From contig OX597818.1 in assembly GCA_951406725.2 (NCBI GenBank), positions 125,736,001 to 125,800,000 on the forward strand: a stretch of DNA of 64,000 bases, read 5' to 3'. Positions 39,569 to 54,049 of the stretch are shown piece after piece. The notes beneath the pieces were generated by a model, which saw only the letters and a list, made by a program, of their open reading frames with translations, had not been told where the DNA came from and ran no database searches. The translations under genes were made by a program, and so were the position numbers. The stretch's first letter is position 1. Each line of letters begins with the position of its first letter. This DNA is from Octopus vulgaris. Lineage: Eukaryota.

Positions 39569-42500
39569 GCGGGGAAAGTATATATAAAAAAAGGATAAAC
39601 GGGGAGTGAGAGTGAGTGAAAGAAATATATGAAGAGGGAGTGACTGAAAGTGACACACAGATACACAAACAGACAGAGAGTGCGAAAGAGATGGAGAGAA
39701 CGCAAGGTAAGGGGATAATGAGTTGTTGCTTGCTAGATAAATAGAATGACGAATGAGAGGAGGCAAAATAATGGACACTGAAGAAAAGTGCCAGAAATAA
39801 TAAAAGGAAGGAAGGAAGGAAGGTGTGCCTTTTCTTTTTATATTGTTGTGTAAAAATATTTGTCTATATATTGTCGACATCGTCGTCATCATCGTCATCA
39901 TCGACGTCCTAGCAACCATCATCGCGCTCCTCCCCCTCCCCCTCCTCCTCCTCCTCATCATCATCATCAGTGCTGTCGTAGTCATCGTTAGCAGAATTGT
40001 TTCATCTAATTGAGAACACTCAATAGCTGGCAATGCACACACCACTCCACACCATCGCCATCAAACCACATCACACCATCACACCATCACAATCAGACAG
40101 CACCTTGCCTCACCATCACCTTCAAACTGCCATAACGAGTACAACCACCGTGCCAGCACTTCACCACGCCACAACAAAAACCTTCTTTGCCCTTTCGTCT
40201 ATGACACCGATGTGTTATTTCAGTGAGGTGAGTCAAAAGTTCATGTTCCAGTCTCACTTGTCAATACCACTGACATAAGATGCAATAACTGCTTAAGAGT
40301 TATTCATATTTTCTTTACATATCCTTCGCTTTCACAGCTATTTTTATTTCTATCTCCACCGTACTTGTTAGGGCGCGTAGCCTAGTTAGTGATTAGAATG
40401 TTAGGTTCACAATCGTAAAATCGTATTTTCGATTCCTGCATTGGTTAGTGTACAAGGAGGCGTGTTTTGTTCAATAGCAAAACAGTTTATTTCATGTTGC
40501 TCAAGTTAACACAGCAGAAATTAGTACCAGCTGAGAGATGGTGAAGTGGTCTCTCCCACACCATCAATCCCATTCTGAATATTCCGCTGGTTCAATAGTG
40601 TGTTGGACCTAAGGGTGTTTGTGTCTGCACGCGATTAAGTAGGTACCTAAAGCAATAAATGAAAACATGGTGCATTCTTATAAGTTATCTTCGTTCGTGA
40701 GTGACAGTTCTCTCCTTAACTTGCTTTCCTTTTAATCCATTTTATCCTGTTTTTAATTAGTTGTTTCAATAATATAATGAAAATTGTACAAATTTTGATG
40801 ACGTATAACTGGGAATTATTAACTTTATCTCTCCGTTCCGAAAAAAAAAATAGTGTCAGTTATGTGCTGGAGTCTGTTTCGTCGACAAATACTTCACTAC
40901 AAATTTGTCCTTACAACTTTGCCTTATTTAATTTCAAGGCTGATAACATAAAGCACAAGTCAAATTTTGGAGTCGATATAATCAACTAATCACCGCTCTT
41001 CATAATTGCTGGCCTTGTGCTTAAATTAGAAATAGTTATTACTCTGGTGTGTCGGTAGAATTGTTAGAGCATTGAACAAAATAGCTTACGGTATTTATTC
41101 TGGCTCTTTGCATTTTAAGTTAATTTCAAATTAGCTGGTTGGAACTTTCTGAAGGATCCTTGGATAATTCCGAGAAATATTTGCTTAGCAGTGCTACCGT
41201 AGGACATTGTCGGGTTCTTGATAAACTTTGCAAACGCAGAAGTGCCAATATGGAGATGAGCACATAATAACTAAACCATTCTGCACGTACTGGTCCAGTG
41301 CACGAGCATTACTGATTTCTAGAGTTATGTCGAACACCTGCTGTCGCATGTAGGGCCGATTCGGCTAACAGTAAATCCAATGTGAAGATCGTACTGTCAC
41401 TTTCTTTTAATCAAGCAAGATAGGCAGTCTTTATTGGTCTGGTGGATTTGGCAAAAGAAAATTATTTAGGTAACGAGCTAGTAGAATCGTTAGCATGTGA
41501 AACAAAATGATGAGCATAAAACAGATTAAATGTATTCATATAGAATAATACCTTACTTTGTCAAGTCTTTTTTTTAATGAAGTCAAGTCTTTTTTAATGA
41601 AGTTGTAAGAGAGCTATCGTGACATAGGACATGTCTTGGGCAGTTTCGACCTGGTGAAACCCATACCTCTCCAAGTTTCACCACTGCTAATTTCTTGTAG
41701 AAGAGCGAAAGACACTTGCCCATGGTGCGCACAGTGAACCCAAAACCACGCGGTCGCAAAGCAAATTCTACAATCATGCAACCAAGAACTACTTCACCAT
41801 TTTCAACATACCAATAAGTTCCATACATTTCTAACAACTGTTCATGGTTAATAATTTCCTTGCTAATTGTATTAATTTTATATGTTATAACAATTATATT
41901 TTAATGTATTTTCAAATTTGGACTTTAGAACAATTTTGTTTTCCGTCACAGATTATTTAAACTCTCTTGTATTTTTTCATACAATTATATTTTCATTAAA
42001 TTGTACTATTTAATTTGCTGTACTTATATTACACATATGAATATCTTAAATGGTGTAGTATAGCAAGAAACACTGATTTCAACTGTTGTATAATTTTTAT
42101 TCATGTTATGTAAGCCTAAAAGTTATTGTCAGGGAGGCTAGAATCATGGACAAATAATTCCTATAGCTTCAGATCGACCCATATTCTGTAAGTAAAACTG
42201 AACAAACAGAGACAGTATATGAGACCGTTAGGTAGACTGAGCCTGGAAATAAAAAGATAAAACTTCGTCACACATTGTCATGTTGAAACTCTGAGAATTA
42301 CATTACGGTTACACCCGATTGGCGAATGCACAATGTCTTACTCCAGAAGAACAAAATTCAGTTAATCGACCTACTGAATCTTCATTGTCGATCCACAATG
42401 AGCCACCAACTTATACATAGACATACATGTGTGTGTGTGGAGGGGGGTGCGTGTGCGTGTGTGTGTGTTTGCATATACATGCATACACAAGCGAATAAGC

Positions 42501-42624
42501 ATAACAAACGTATCGCGTAGATATTAACCAAGACAGTTCTCAATTTCATATCCAAATTTACATACATATCTATGTATATATACATATATATGTATATATG
42601 AATGTATGTATATATGTATGTATG

Positions 42625-42681
<57 letters not shown>

Positions 42682-43117
42682 AAATATAAGGAATGTCCAT
42701 AATAGGACATTCGACTCACTAGAAAGAGCAGCCAAACTCCTACCGCTAATAGTTGTAATTCTGAAATTGAAAGAGAAATTGAAGAGAAATAGTGTGTGTG
42801 TGTGTATTTTACGGACAAGGGAGCAAATTTTGGACGCAGTATTGCTTCAAATAACAGCTGTAATACATGCGTACATAAAAATGGGTATATGTGTGTGTGT
42901 GTTTGTGTAAATGCACACGTACATGCAAACATATATACACACACGTACAGACAAATAGGACACATGCACAACCGAGAATTGACGGCAAATCGTGGTAACA
43001 TTTAAAGCGGAATATAGAATTAGCTAGAATCTGCAGAAACCAGAAATGCGTGCATACACATGTACATGCATACAAACGCTTTCTCTTTATCTTAATTTCA
43101 CTTTCTTTCCCTTTTCC

Positions 43118-43155
<38 letters not shown>

Positions 43156-43695
43156 TCTCTAACGCATACACATGATATATTTCAAAATACATCAAAATGT
43201 GCATTCTAATGTAGGAATCTACTAGAGACTCAATACATCTGAAAACTTAATTATATATCTTATTCTTGTAGACTCTCAACATAGTTTTCGGCGTGTATGT
43301 TAAAATAAATATTTATATTGATTGCTGTGAATACGTTAATGAAAATATTTGTAGATGTTGTTTTCGCAATAGCAATCCTACGTATAAATTGTTTTGTATT
43401 TCCTTGTAGCTTCGACGAATTTTGATATCTAGAGGCTTTACTCCTTCGAGCATATTTAATCCGGAAATCTTGAAGTCGTTCGTCATTTAATTCCAGTTGA
43501 TGAAACTTCTTGCTGTGCCCTCTACAGAGCTACTCTGCCAGACCACAGAGAAATGCGATCGGTCCCGGTAATATATACACTTATTTCCAAATATTTATTC
43601 TCTGATATTTTTTAATGCAGTTAATTTATGCACACACACACACAGAGGCAAACACTTGCTCACACACGTGTGTGTGTATGCATATTTATATATAT

Positions 43696-43726
<31 letters not shown>

Positions 43727-43831
43727 CATACATACATATAAGTATATGTTTGTATATATATGTGTATATGTATTTATTTGTATATATGTGTATATGTATA
43801 TATTTGTATATATGTGTATGTATATATATAA

Positions 43832-43893
<62 letters not shown>

Positions 43894-44617
43894 TTATTTA
43901 TGTGTATGCATGTATGCGTGTTTGTATGCTTGCATGGATGTATGTATGTTTATATGGTTGTATATAAAATATACGTCCTACTTATTTACATACATACATA
44001 AACTCTAATACCATGAGAAGCAGATATCTGCACTCCCGTAGACATAAATACTGACTCACATGTACAAAGCCGGACATACACATTTATTTATTTCAATATG
44101 TAACAAGAAATATTTCTTTCAATATGTAATAAACAAGAGAAAAAAAGGAGGGAACAGGTCTTCCGTCGGTATCGACTATGACTGTTTTAAATATTTGTGT
44201 AACTGAACGACCTACCGATTAGATATTAGCGTGTAGCCGCATAAATGCGTAGCCACTAGCAAAACAAGCGTGGATCCTTTGAATTACAAGTGCGGTTTAT
44301 GTTCTATCATATTTTGCGGTTTATGTTCTATCATATTTTAAGTGGTTGAGTATTCCACAGACATGTGTAACTGTATATCCTTAACATAATTCGTAGTCAG
44401 AATGTGCGTGACAGAATGTATGTGGCGTGGCTGTACCATTTGAATTACAGATACACTCCATCCGTCGGTGTTCCCATGCACATGGCTGCGGGTTGCACTG
44501 AACGGCACTGCTCCATCACTATTCAATGGTGCCCCCTCAGGTTTACATTGATACACTTATTTCGAAACTCTGCTTTAGCATTATTAAAAATGAGTGTCTA
44601 CCGAAAATATTCTGAGA

Positions 44618-44994
44618 CATCACTGTCGTTAGCAGCAGCACCAAAAAGAACGTGGACGACAATAGACCCATATCTAAAAGACATGGGTCTATTCTTACGT
44701 CATTGTACAGGGGTCCTACCTGCAAGACCCCCATGCTGAGAGCTAGTCTCCCAGCATATTGTACGTCAGTAACATTGCTGTCCGGCTGAGTAATCGTCGA
44801 AATGACCTGTCACGGATGCCTAGGGCGTTCAGTGCCACGCTTGCAGGGCGGCACCAGGCACCACAGGCTCCGATTGGGAGTCCATGCACCTCCACCGGCC
44901 GATCAAACTCCTGCAATAGCGGTTGTGGACGTTGAGGTGACCATCCCAGCACAAAATTTTCGCGACAGGCCTGGTTGTGCCATATAGTTTTCAC
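44618..44994 (-). mobile_element. R2/NeSL-like retrotransposon C-terminal fragment plus structured 3' UTR
   Basis: VEVHGLPIGACGAW..ALNALGI..RRLLSRTAMLLTYNML* resembles the end of R2-type RLE domains; GC-rich; hairpins follow the stop codon. Confidence 0.55.
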
Positions 44995-45399
44995 CTACTC
45001 AGTTTTATTAATGCAGTTTAGCTTCACTCGAAGGTCTACGGAAGAAAACACATGCATAAAGTCTCTTGCGGTTGGCTTGAGCCCGGGAAGTAATGATTGT
45101 TATGGGAATATCTACCTGCCTCATTCCCTCCCTCTCTCACACACACACATACATGCACACATAATCACATTCCCGCTAGCGCACACATACACACGTATAT
45201 ACAGTTCTAGAAAAATAAACTACACGCATAAGCAATCTCGAATGGTCTGATCAACAGCATCCAGTAAAAGATAACGCTATCAACACGTATTATCAGCGAA
45301 TGACAGCATCCTCATCATCATCTTGAACCTCATAATCCTCCTCCTCTTTCCCCTCCTCATCACCATTATCATCGTGTTCGTCGTAACCACATCTGTTAC

Positions 45400-45600
45400 C
45401 GGGATGGTCACCTCAACGTCCACGACCGCTCATACAATTGCTATTGCAGGAGTTTGATCGGCCGGTGGAGACTAGCTCTCAGCATGGGGGTCTTGCAGGT
45501 TGGACCCCTGTACGATGACGTAAGAATAGACCCATGTCTTCTAGATATGGGTCTATTGTCGTCCACATTCTTTTTGGTGCTGCTGCTAATGACAGTGATG
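45400..45600 (+). repeat. Inverted, internally deleted copy of 44618-44947
   Basis: Reverse complement of 44890-44947 joined to the reverse complement of 44618-44750. Confidence 0.88.
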
Positions 45601-45699
45601 ATGACGACGACGATGGCAAGGGCGACAACGACGACGACAACGATTAACAACAATGAAGAAAATTAAGACATCATTGCAGCCCTTCTTGTTTCCGCCATT

Positions 45700-46071
45700 A
45701 TCGTCGTCGTCGTCGCCCTCCTCCTCCTCTTCATTATCATCATCATCATCATCATCTTCTTCTTCTTCTTCTTCACCGTCGTCACCACCACCACCACCAC
45801 CACCACCACCACCACCACCACAACCATCATCATCATCATCATCATCAAGAATATGCGGAAGAGCATATCTCCTTGATGATCATCACTCTGTAGACGCATT
45901 TGGCTTACCATTTTAGAATTGAAGTAGAGCAGAAAAAAAGTCAGTAAAACGAGAACAATTCCATACAAACATCAGCATCAACACCATCATCATCGACAAC
46001 ATCATCATCAACAACAACAACAGCAACAACAACAACCACAACAACAACAACAGAACAACAACAACAACAAT

Positions 46072-46102
<31 letters not shown>

Positions 46103-46112
46103 GCAGCAGCAA
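45700..46112. repeat. Compound trinucleotide repeats (TCG/TCA/TCT/CCA/AAC)
   Basis: Read directly. Confidence 0.9.
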
Positions 46113-48147
46113 CAAAGAAATCAGTTAAAAGAGAGCGAATGCTAGGCTGGTGAAAGATGAATGAAATCTCAAATTATACAACGGAGACATTTGGGCACCG
46201 TGTATATTATTATATTCTGTTTTGCTTCGAATGCTTTGCTTCTGAATTCGAATCACACCTGTCTCAAATTTGTGTCTTCACCCTTCGATGGTAGATAAAA
46301 TAAGAATGTTTAGACAATAAATTACTCTGAGACGCCATCCGCATAAGAAAATAATAAAACAAACAAATAATAGTTAAGTTAGTGATGATATATTTAATGC
46401 AAGGAGAATCAAAATGTTAGTTTATACGGCACCCACAAAAAAGAAATAGACAAAGAGATGTTAGTTATTAGTTAATATTAAGAAATTCAGTTAATATTAA
46501 GAAACAAAGAAATGCTAGTCATCGCTAAAAATAAGTTAATGTTGTTTTGAATTCTTCAGCAAGTAAGGGAAACAACTTGGGACATTTTTTGCCTTAGTTA
46601 TAAAGTCTTCAGCGCAGCATAAACACTTCACCGTTTTTGCCCAGCTAGCGATGGAAGAATCAGTATGTAAATGTGTAACTATGTATTTTTCGCTGATGTA
46701 CAGAAATAGAAATATGAAACAACTTATTAGTCATAGATGCCATCTGCAGGAAGAAAGCAATACAAATTGTTAAGATAGGTTTATAATTAGTTATGATTTA
46801 ATGAATAAGGTATCTCACCTCTAAATTTGTGGATTTGTTAATGCATTATGGATCATTAGGTTATTATTATAAATAAATAAGGTAGAATTTATTATAAGGA
46901 AATTACAGGGTCAGTGGATTGATAGAATTATTAGATCGTCACTAAAATGACTTGCAGGGATTCTTCCGGCCCTTTATTTTCTGAGTTAAATCCCGCCGAT
47001 AACAACCTTGTCTTTCATTCTCTCGGGATCGATAAAATAAATTGCCACTCACGTACTGAAGTGAATGGTATTGACTAACATTCTCCCTTCAAAATTTCAG
47101 ACATCATACCTAAATTAGAAAATACTAAAGGCAGCGATCTGGTAGAATCGCTGGCGCATCGAACAAAATGTGCTGAGGTATTTGTACCAAATCTACATTC
47201 TGTGATCAGTACAAGCCGGGGACAAATTTGCCGTCCGTCCTTTCGGGGTATAAAATAAAGATCTCGTACTAGAATTGATGGCACCAACTCACCCACCATT
47301 CATTTGATCGAGTAAATATCTAAATACGTCAAGCAGTGCACTATCATAGCTACAGCTCGGTGACTGAAACTATTAAAAGAAAAGAAACGGAAATGGAGGT
47401 TCGGGTTCAAACCGGATCAATACTGCACTCCATCATGGAATACCCGAAAACTGTCTAAAAACAGAATCGTTAGCCATGTCTATTAGTCGGTGAAAACGAA
47501 AGTCAATTCTCAAGTGAAATATTGTATTTAGTATTCCGCTATCCAATCAAAAAGCAAAACAAAACGCAAACACTCTGTTGTTTATTCTTGCAAATACTTA
47601 ATTGCAATTAAATAAATCCCCAGAGTAGAATTAACTAAACAGAGGAATTTCCTCCTAAATGTAGGTAAAGGAAGGCAAAATAAAAACCTAGGTTTCGGTG
47701 ACTAAAAACAACATATTCTGGCAGTCGATGCCAAATTGTAGTATGCGAAATAAAATATCTAAATTAACGAGTCCCTAATCGTAGATAAATAATTATTTAT
47801 CCTACGAATCTGTGTTGGACCATCCAGGTCTAGATATTTCTCAGTGGGTGTTCATCAGCTATATTGATTTCAGAGTAAAGGAATACCGGAAGTTGTGAGG
47901 TGAATACGCTTTATTAAGGGAGTTATTGAGGTAAATGGATCGAAACAGATTTAACCGGAAATGGAAGCCGATTCGTAGGATCAGTTTACAAAGAATTTAT
48001 CCCCTATTCTACTGCACTAGGTATGTGATTTAAAGTAGACATGACAATTGTATATAACTAAAAATGATATTGCTAGTTCCAGCAAACATGATCACGCAAA
48101 GATACACACGTACACACACACAGACACACAAACATACTCATGCACAT

Positions 48148-48203
<56 letters not shown>

Positions 48204-48547
48204 ATAGAGAGATAGACAGACAGACAATAGGCAGACAGAGAGAGAAAAAGAAAGAGAGGGAGAGAGAGTGATAATGTTTCATAGATGTTTCTATTGTTTA
48301 GAAAATACATTTCTCTGATGTTTTATTATATTTTATTTCGGCACAATGACAATTTTTTGGGTGATACAAAATGGCTGCCTCCTTTCATTTGAAATGTTTT
48401 CTTCATAAATTGACTAGAAAGGAAAATGCTTTTATCCTACGAAACCAAACTACCTAATGAGAAGACTCTGTCTTCGGTGATGCATGATAATATGGATGAC
48501 TACAAATGAAATATTTATATTTGCACTTCTGTTTTCACTCTCAATGT

Positions 48548-48730
48548 TGGTGCAAGGCCAGCAATTTTAATGGGAGGGGTTAGGCCATTACATCGAACAC
48601 TATACTTGACAGGAACTTTATTTTATCATGTCAGAAACAATGGATGGCAAAGTTGACCTTGGTGGGATTCGAGCTCAGAACTTTAAAGTATTTTGTCGAA
48701 CGTATTAACGAGTCTGTCGGTTCACTGCCG
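48548..48730 (-). mobile_element. Decayed SINE family B
   Basis: tgcaaggccagcaatttt..ggcaaagttgaccttggtgggattcgagctcagaac. Confidence 0.65.
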
Positions 48731-48738
48731 TGATGATG

Positions 48739-48772
<34 letters not shown>

Positions 48773-48794
48773 TAATAACAATAATAATAATAAT

Positions 48795-49052
48795 GACATA
48801 TTACCAGTCAGTGTACGCCACTAGCCCAGAAACAATATGAGACGCCATGACAACATAGCAAGGATTGTCCATTAGACACTTTACAACAAGTATGGACTTT
48901 ACAGAGCAAAACAGTGGTCCAAACATAAACCCGAAGGCATCATCGAAAATGATAATGCAAAGATCCTGTGGGGTTTTATGATTCAGTGCGACCATGAGAT
49001 AGAGAATAGGAAACCAGACATAGGGTTAATTGAGAAAGAAAGCAAACGTTGC
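48795..49052 (+). mobile_element. R4/Dong RLE-domain fragment after (AAT)n
   Basis: HITSQCTPLAQKQY/RRHDNIARIVH..HKPEGIIENDNAKILW/IQCDHEIENRKPDIGLIEK. Confidence 0.8.
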
Positions 49053-49715
49053 TCTCACACACCTTCATTCCATATACATGTACATCTTACACTTTCTCCT
49101 CTCGATTCAAAGCAAATATCGCCTTTTCATTTTATCCTCTCTTTCAATTTCTGCTCTCTTCAAAGCATACAGAAATGAAAACAATTTTACAGAAATTAAC
49201 GAACAATCATATGATCCCATCTATGTTGAGTTGACAACTTTGCTTCTTCAAACGAAAGAATGCCATAAAATAACTTCCATTGACATACATACACACACTC
49301 TAGGTAAAATTTGTATGCGAATTATGTTATTTTTTTGCAGTGTGCACGCGCATATTTACTGCTAAAATCCAATTGAAATGATCTTTTTCTATTGTGTAAT
49401 TTGTGTTTATGATGAGCATACTTAAAAACCTGGTCTTCGATATAAACTTAAAAGGAAGTTTTCACAGAAATCCTGTCCTTTATCTCTTCTTTCTAGCATG
49501 TCCGAAGTGACATTTTCGTCCCCCAACTTTTTCCCCTTAAGTTTCTTCCGATTCCTACGTTTGCGATACAGGAGATTACTATTTCACCCACAAAATACGT
49601 TCTCAATATTTTAATTTTCTCCCTTTCCATACCAAATTCATTTTTTACTTTTAAAAAAAAATTATTCTTGGTAATACACGGGGAAAAAAAGAGAGTAGGA
49701 ATTTTTAAGAATTTT

Positions 49716-49965
49716 ACCCATCACTTCACCACTTTCAAAAAGCTACACACTCCCAATGTTTCACTTTTAGCTTTTTGGAAAACGGGGAAGTTTCTTCAGA
49801 AATATTGTCGTTTAACTGTTGTTTCTAGCATTTCGGGTTTTCTGGTGGTAGTCTGGTATTTTTTAAGTCTACTATTTCAGTAGAATTCTACGCATGCAGG
49901 AAACGTCAGAAAAAAAATGAAATATTGGGAGGTTGTAGCTTTTTGAAGGCTGGTAGGTGATGGGT
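49716..49965. repeat. Imperfect inverted repeat, about 48-bp arms (MITE-like)
   Basis: acccatcacttcaccactttcaaaaagctacacactcccaatgtttca versus tgaaatattgggaggttgtagctttttgaaggctggtaggtgatgggt. Confidence 0.7.
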
Positions 49966-50021
49966 GGGTGAGGTGGAGGAAGAGACATTGAGTGTTTCTC
50001 TAAGAAAAATTAAGCTATATA

Positions 50022-50057
<36 letters not shown>

Positions 50058-50089
50058 TGTATGTATGTATGTATGTATGTATATTTCTC

Positions 50090-50461
50090 AGATTCTTAAT
50101 CTCTGTATTTTTCTACGTAGATAACAAAAAAAAAATTCGAAAAAGAGTTACAAATTAAGAAATTGCGGTGGAGATAGGGGGAAATTTGGATATTGAAATC
50201 GGGATTTCTGGACAAAAATCGTATTGACCCTTTTTTATATGATGAAACAATACATAGATTCTGATCCTTCTTAAGAACAGGAAGCATTTTCATGCAAATT
50301 GTACCCTCGTCCTTCACTATCAAACAAACAATAACTTCCATTATTTCATTAAGTATATATCAGCTGTTGTGCCGATTCTGCCCATAAGAAAGGAGCAAAT
50401 AATACAATGTGCCTGTAGGTCATAACACCCGGGCAACGGCAACACCGGGATGCATTGCTAG
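50090..50461 (+). mobile_element. Helitron-like element (3' end clear)
   Basis: cccgggcaacggcaacaccggg hairpin followed by gCTAG|T. Confidence 0.6.
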
Positions 50462-51689
50462 TGTTTGTGTATGCATATATATTGTGTATGCATATATATT
50501 GTGTATGCATATATATATATATATATATATGCATACACAAACACTAGCAATGCATCCCGGGACAAGAACGCAAAAACACACAAAGAGACGACACAAAAAA
50601 ACAGACGGGTTATTCGAAGCCTCTAATCTTCAGTCGGGAACCGGATCATCTTAGCAATTTCGGCTGCTTAATCGGCTGATTATATATATATATATACGGT
50701 ATTTCCTAACAACCTGTGCTATCTTCTACACACACATTGTGTACGTATATATATATATGTATACACACGTATGTATACATAATATAGTATATATATAATA
50801 AAGTATATTATACTTTAATGCTTTTGTAGAAAATACTTGATACATGCGGATGTTGAGAACCTGTTTGTTTTTTTAAATCATTTGTCGGAGATTCGATAAC
50901 TGATGTATAAAGTGAAGGTGTTGCTTGACCGAATGTAGGACGTTGTGATTCCTAGAATTATGGATGACTACAAATGAAATATTTATATTTGCACTTCTGT
51001 TTTCACTCTCAATGTGAGTGTGTTTCCGTAAGTCAAAGATTGGAATTTCTTTTGCTTTTGTCACCACAAAAATCATCAACAGCTGAAGAGTACCACGGAA
51101 TCAGAAAAGACGTTTAAGAAAGGAGAGATTCGCATTAGGGAAAGAAATGATGCCGGTAAGAAACTGAGGAGACTCTAGTTGCGGGACACCGAAGAAATTG
51201 AATATGGAACAACCAAGAAATTCTAGAATTCGAAGACATTGAAAGTGAATGCAAACATGAATTGTAAAACAAAAAATCCTCGTCTACTGCATCATACCCA
51301 CAATGCAACGAGAATTTATCTGCGAAACAGGAACAAAACTAACAAGCAGTGTGAACGTGCTCAACAGAACAAATTGAAGATTCATCTTTTAGAAATGTAC
51401 CGGGTAGTAATCGTCTAGGCATTTGTGCAGATGAAAAATTCAAAGTATTTCTTTGCTTTTCTTACGTAATAAATTACGAAAATGGCTAACTATGAAAGGC
51501 AAAGGCAGAATTCATTATAAGAATTCTAAATTCTAAACTAAACCGGAAATAGTTAATGTATGTATGTATGCATTTATGTATGCACGTGTGTGTGTATATG
51601 TGTGTGTATACATACACACATATATAAAATTTTATATATATATGTATATCTGTATACGTACACACGTTCGCGCGCGCACACACACAGAC

Positions 51690-51724
<35 letters not shown>

Positions 51725-51899
51725 CTATTGAAATACTTTTCTGAACCGGAGAACCACTTAAAGTCGAGTGAAATTGGAAATATTTGTTTATTCAGATAAT
51801 GGCACAAAGATTATGTTGCCTTCTCTTTCTCTTTCACTCTCTTTCTCTCTTTCTCTATCTTACACTCACCTTCCTTCTTTATTTCATCTTTCTTTTGCC

Positions 51900-51942
<43 letters not shown>

Positions 51943-52704
51943 ATTCTTGCCTTTATGTCTTTTCTCCCAAAACATTTTATCTCTTTGTCTCTCTTTCTGT
52001 TTGTCTGTCTGTCTGTCAGTCTGTTGATTTGTCTGACTGGTGGCATGCTGATCTACCTTTCTCCCTCTCTTTTCAGCTTATCTCTTTTCAATCTCCCCCC
52101 ACTTTCCCTCTCCCTCTTCCATCTCTCTGTTTCTGCATCGTTGCTTCATTATATGTGTAATTGTATGTGTTTAAAATGAGTTCAAAGTTGTGAATGTTGG
52201 TAATAATCTTCGAAATTAAATTCCACTAAATTATACGAAATACGAAATTCTTCTCATGTTCTAAGCCCTTTTTTTCAGTTATTTTCACTTCTTATGTATT
52301 TAAGATGGTTTATTTCACTATATATACATTATGCAATATATATAATATAATAATAAATATGGATACGTATATCTATATAAATGAATACACACACACACAC
52401 ACATATATATGTGTGTGTGTGTGTGTGTATCCTAATAAATAAAATACGTTGTCTGTCTGTGTGTCTTCTACGCACGGCCAAACCTCTGGATCAATATGAA
52501 TACTTGGGATACTTGAAGAATTTGACGTGGCAAATAATAATACGGTCTTGATTTATCTTTTTATCAAGAATAAATATTTTTTTGTATATATAATAAAGAT
52601 TCATTTCTTCAAACCGTTTTGTCAATGTCAACTTTCTGTGTTTGGTGTTCTGACATAGTAACTAAGTAACCAGCTATTTACACACACACACGTATGCATA
52701 CATC

Positions 52705-53099
52705 ATTACTCCTGCCAACGAATTTTGAGAGAGGAATTGCGAATGAAAAGAACTGCAGTAAAATATGTACCTTTCTTGCTCGCGTATTATCAAAAGCAGT
52801 CACGACTGAATGCGTATCGTGAAGTGAAAGAACAGTTGGAAGTTGATCCGGACATTTTCTTCGAAGGTCATTCCTAGCGATGAAAGCTGGTGCTACGGAA
52901 TTTGCAGATGTGGAAGAGGTGAAGAAAATAATCGTCGCAGGCGTTAAAAGGCATCACATCGCAGGAGTTCCAACACTGCTTCGAACAGCGGAAAACGCGT
53001 CTGGACGGATGCATTGCTTCAAATGGAGAATACTACGTAGGCGATAAAAGTGAATAAAATAACATTGCAAAATCGGTTTCTTTGGGGTATCCCCTCGTA
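52705..53099 (+). mobile_element. Mariner remnant (different subfamily), internally deleted
   Basis: CQRILREELRMKRTAVKYVPFLL, KVIPSDESWCYG, FADVEEVK, FQHCFEQRKTRLDGCIASNGEY; ends cccctcgta. Confidence 0.8.
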
Positions 53100-53974
53100 T
53101 GTACGCATATAGTTATTTATTTTGAGTGAAGGATGAATATATTAATAGGTTGTGGGAGAAAACAACAGCAGCAACAACAACTACAACAAAATGGCTCTCA
53201 AGTGTTATTAGAGGAAACTCTTTTGGCTTTTATCACCTAGTGTCTACTTATCGTTTATCACTTAATCTGGCTTTTCCTCTTCTTAATGACCAAATCTTAT
53301 CAATACTTCGTTCATATCGTACACTGCTGCTGCGCTGCAGATAACGATGAGGATGTCGATATTCATCATCACTACAGTCTTGCCATCTTCATCACTATCT
53401 TCCAAGTCCTTAGTAGTTACAGCTTTAACAAGCTGATATCATCACCTTCCTTTCCATCACCGACATCCACTGCATCCTCACCACATCGCCACCATCTTCA
53501 CCGTGAATGACACGTACTTCACCTTCAGTTCAAACAACAACAACAACAACGTCAGAGCTTGTTTCACCGCCAATAAATCGACCAACACTGAATCTCCACC
53601 AGCGAAATTTAATCAGTTACATATCATTTTGACACTTAATCACTTCGTAGAACAACCACCATCAAAACCGCTACAACCACCGGCCTCTTCATACGGCTAC
53701 CATACCGTTATGATTACCAACTTCTCTACAACCGCAACACTGACGAAGGTTATGTTCTTATAAGTGTGTGCGCCTATATATCTGACTGCATGTATGCATG
53801 TGTATGTGTTTGTATATATGCGTGCGCGCGTTGTTTAGTGTATAAACAAGGTTTATACGTACACACATATATGTACACACATATGTGTGTGTATGTATGT
53901 GTGTGTGTGTAGATGTGCATATATGTATGTATACACTCATATGTACAATGAGGTTTGTTTTGCATATATGCACA

Positions 53975-54049
<75 letters not shown>

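Noticed and set aside
47830-47865. Minus-strand CTGATGA..GAAATATC
   Set aside because: Stem II is weak and the stem I register does not fit.
50595-50680. Partial hammerhead pieces (CTGAAGA..GAAT; GAAAttgcTA)
   Set aside because: The fragments cannot be assembled into one complete fold.
51083-51160. Possible internal exon cag|LKSTTESEKTFKKGEIRIRERNDA|gtaag
   Set aside because: No polypyrimidine tract and no recognisable homology.
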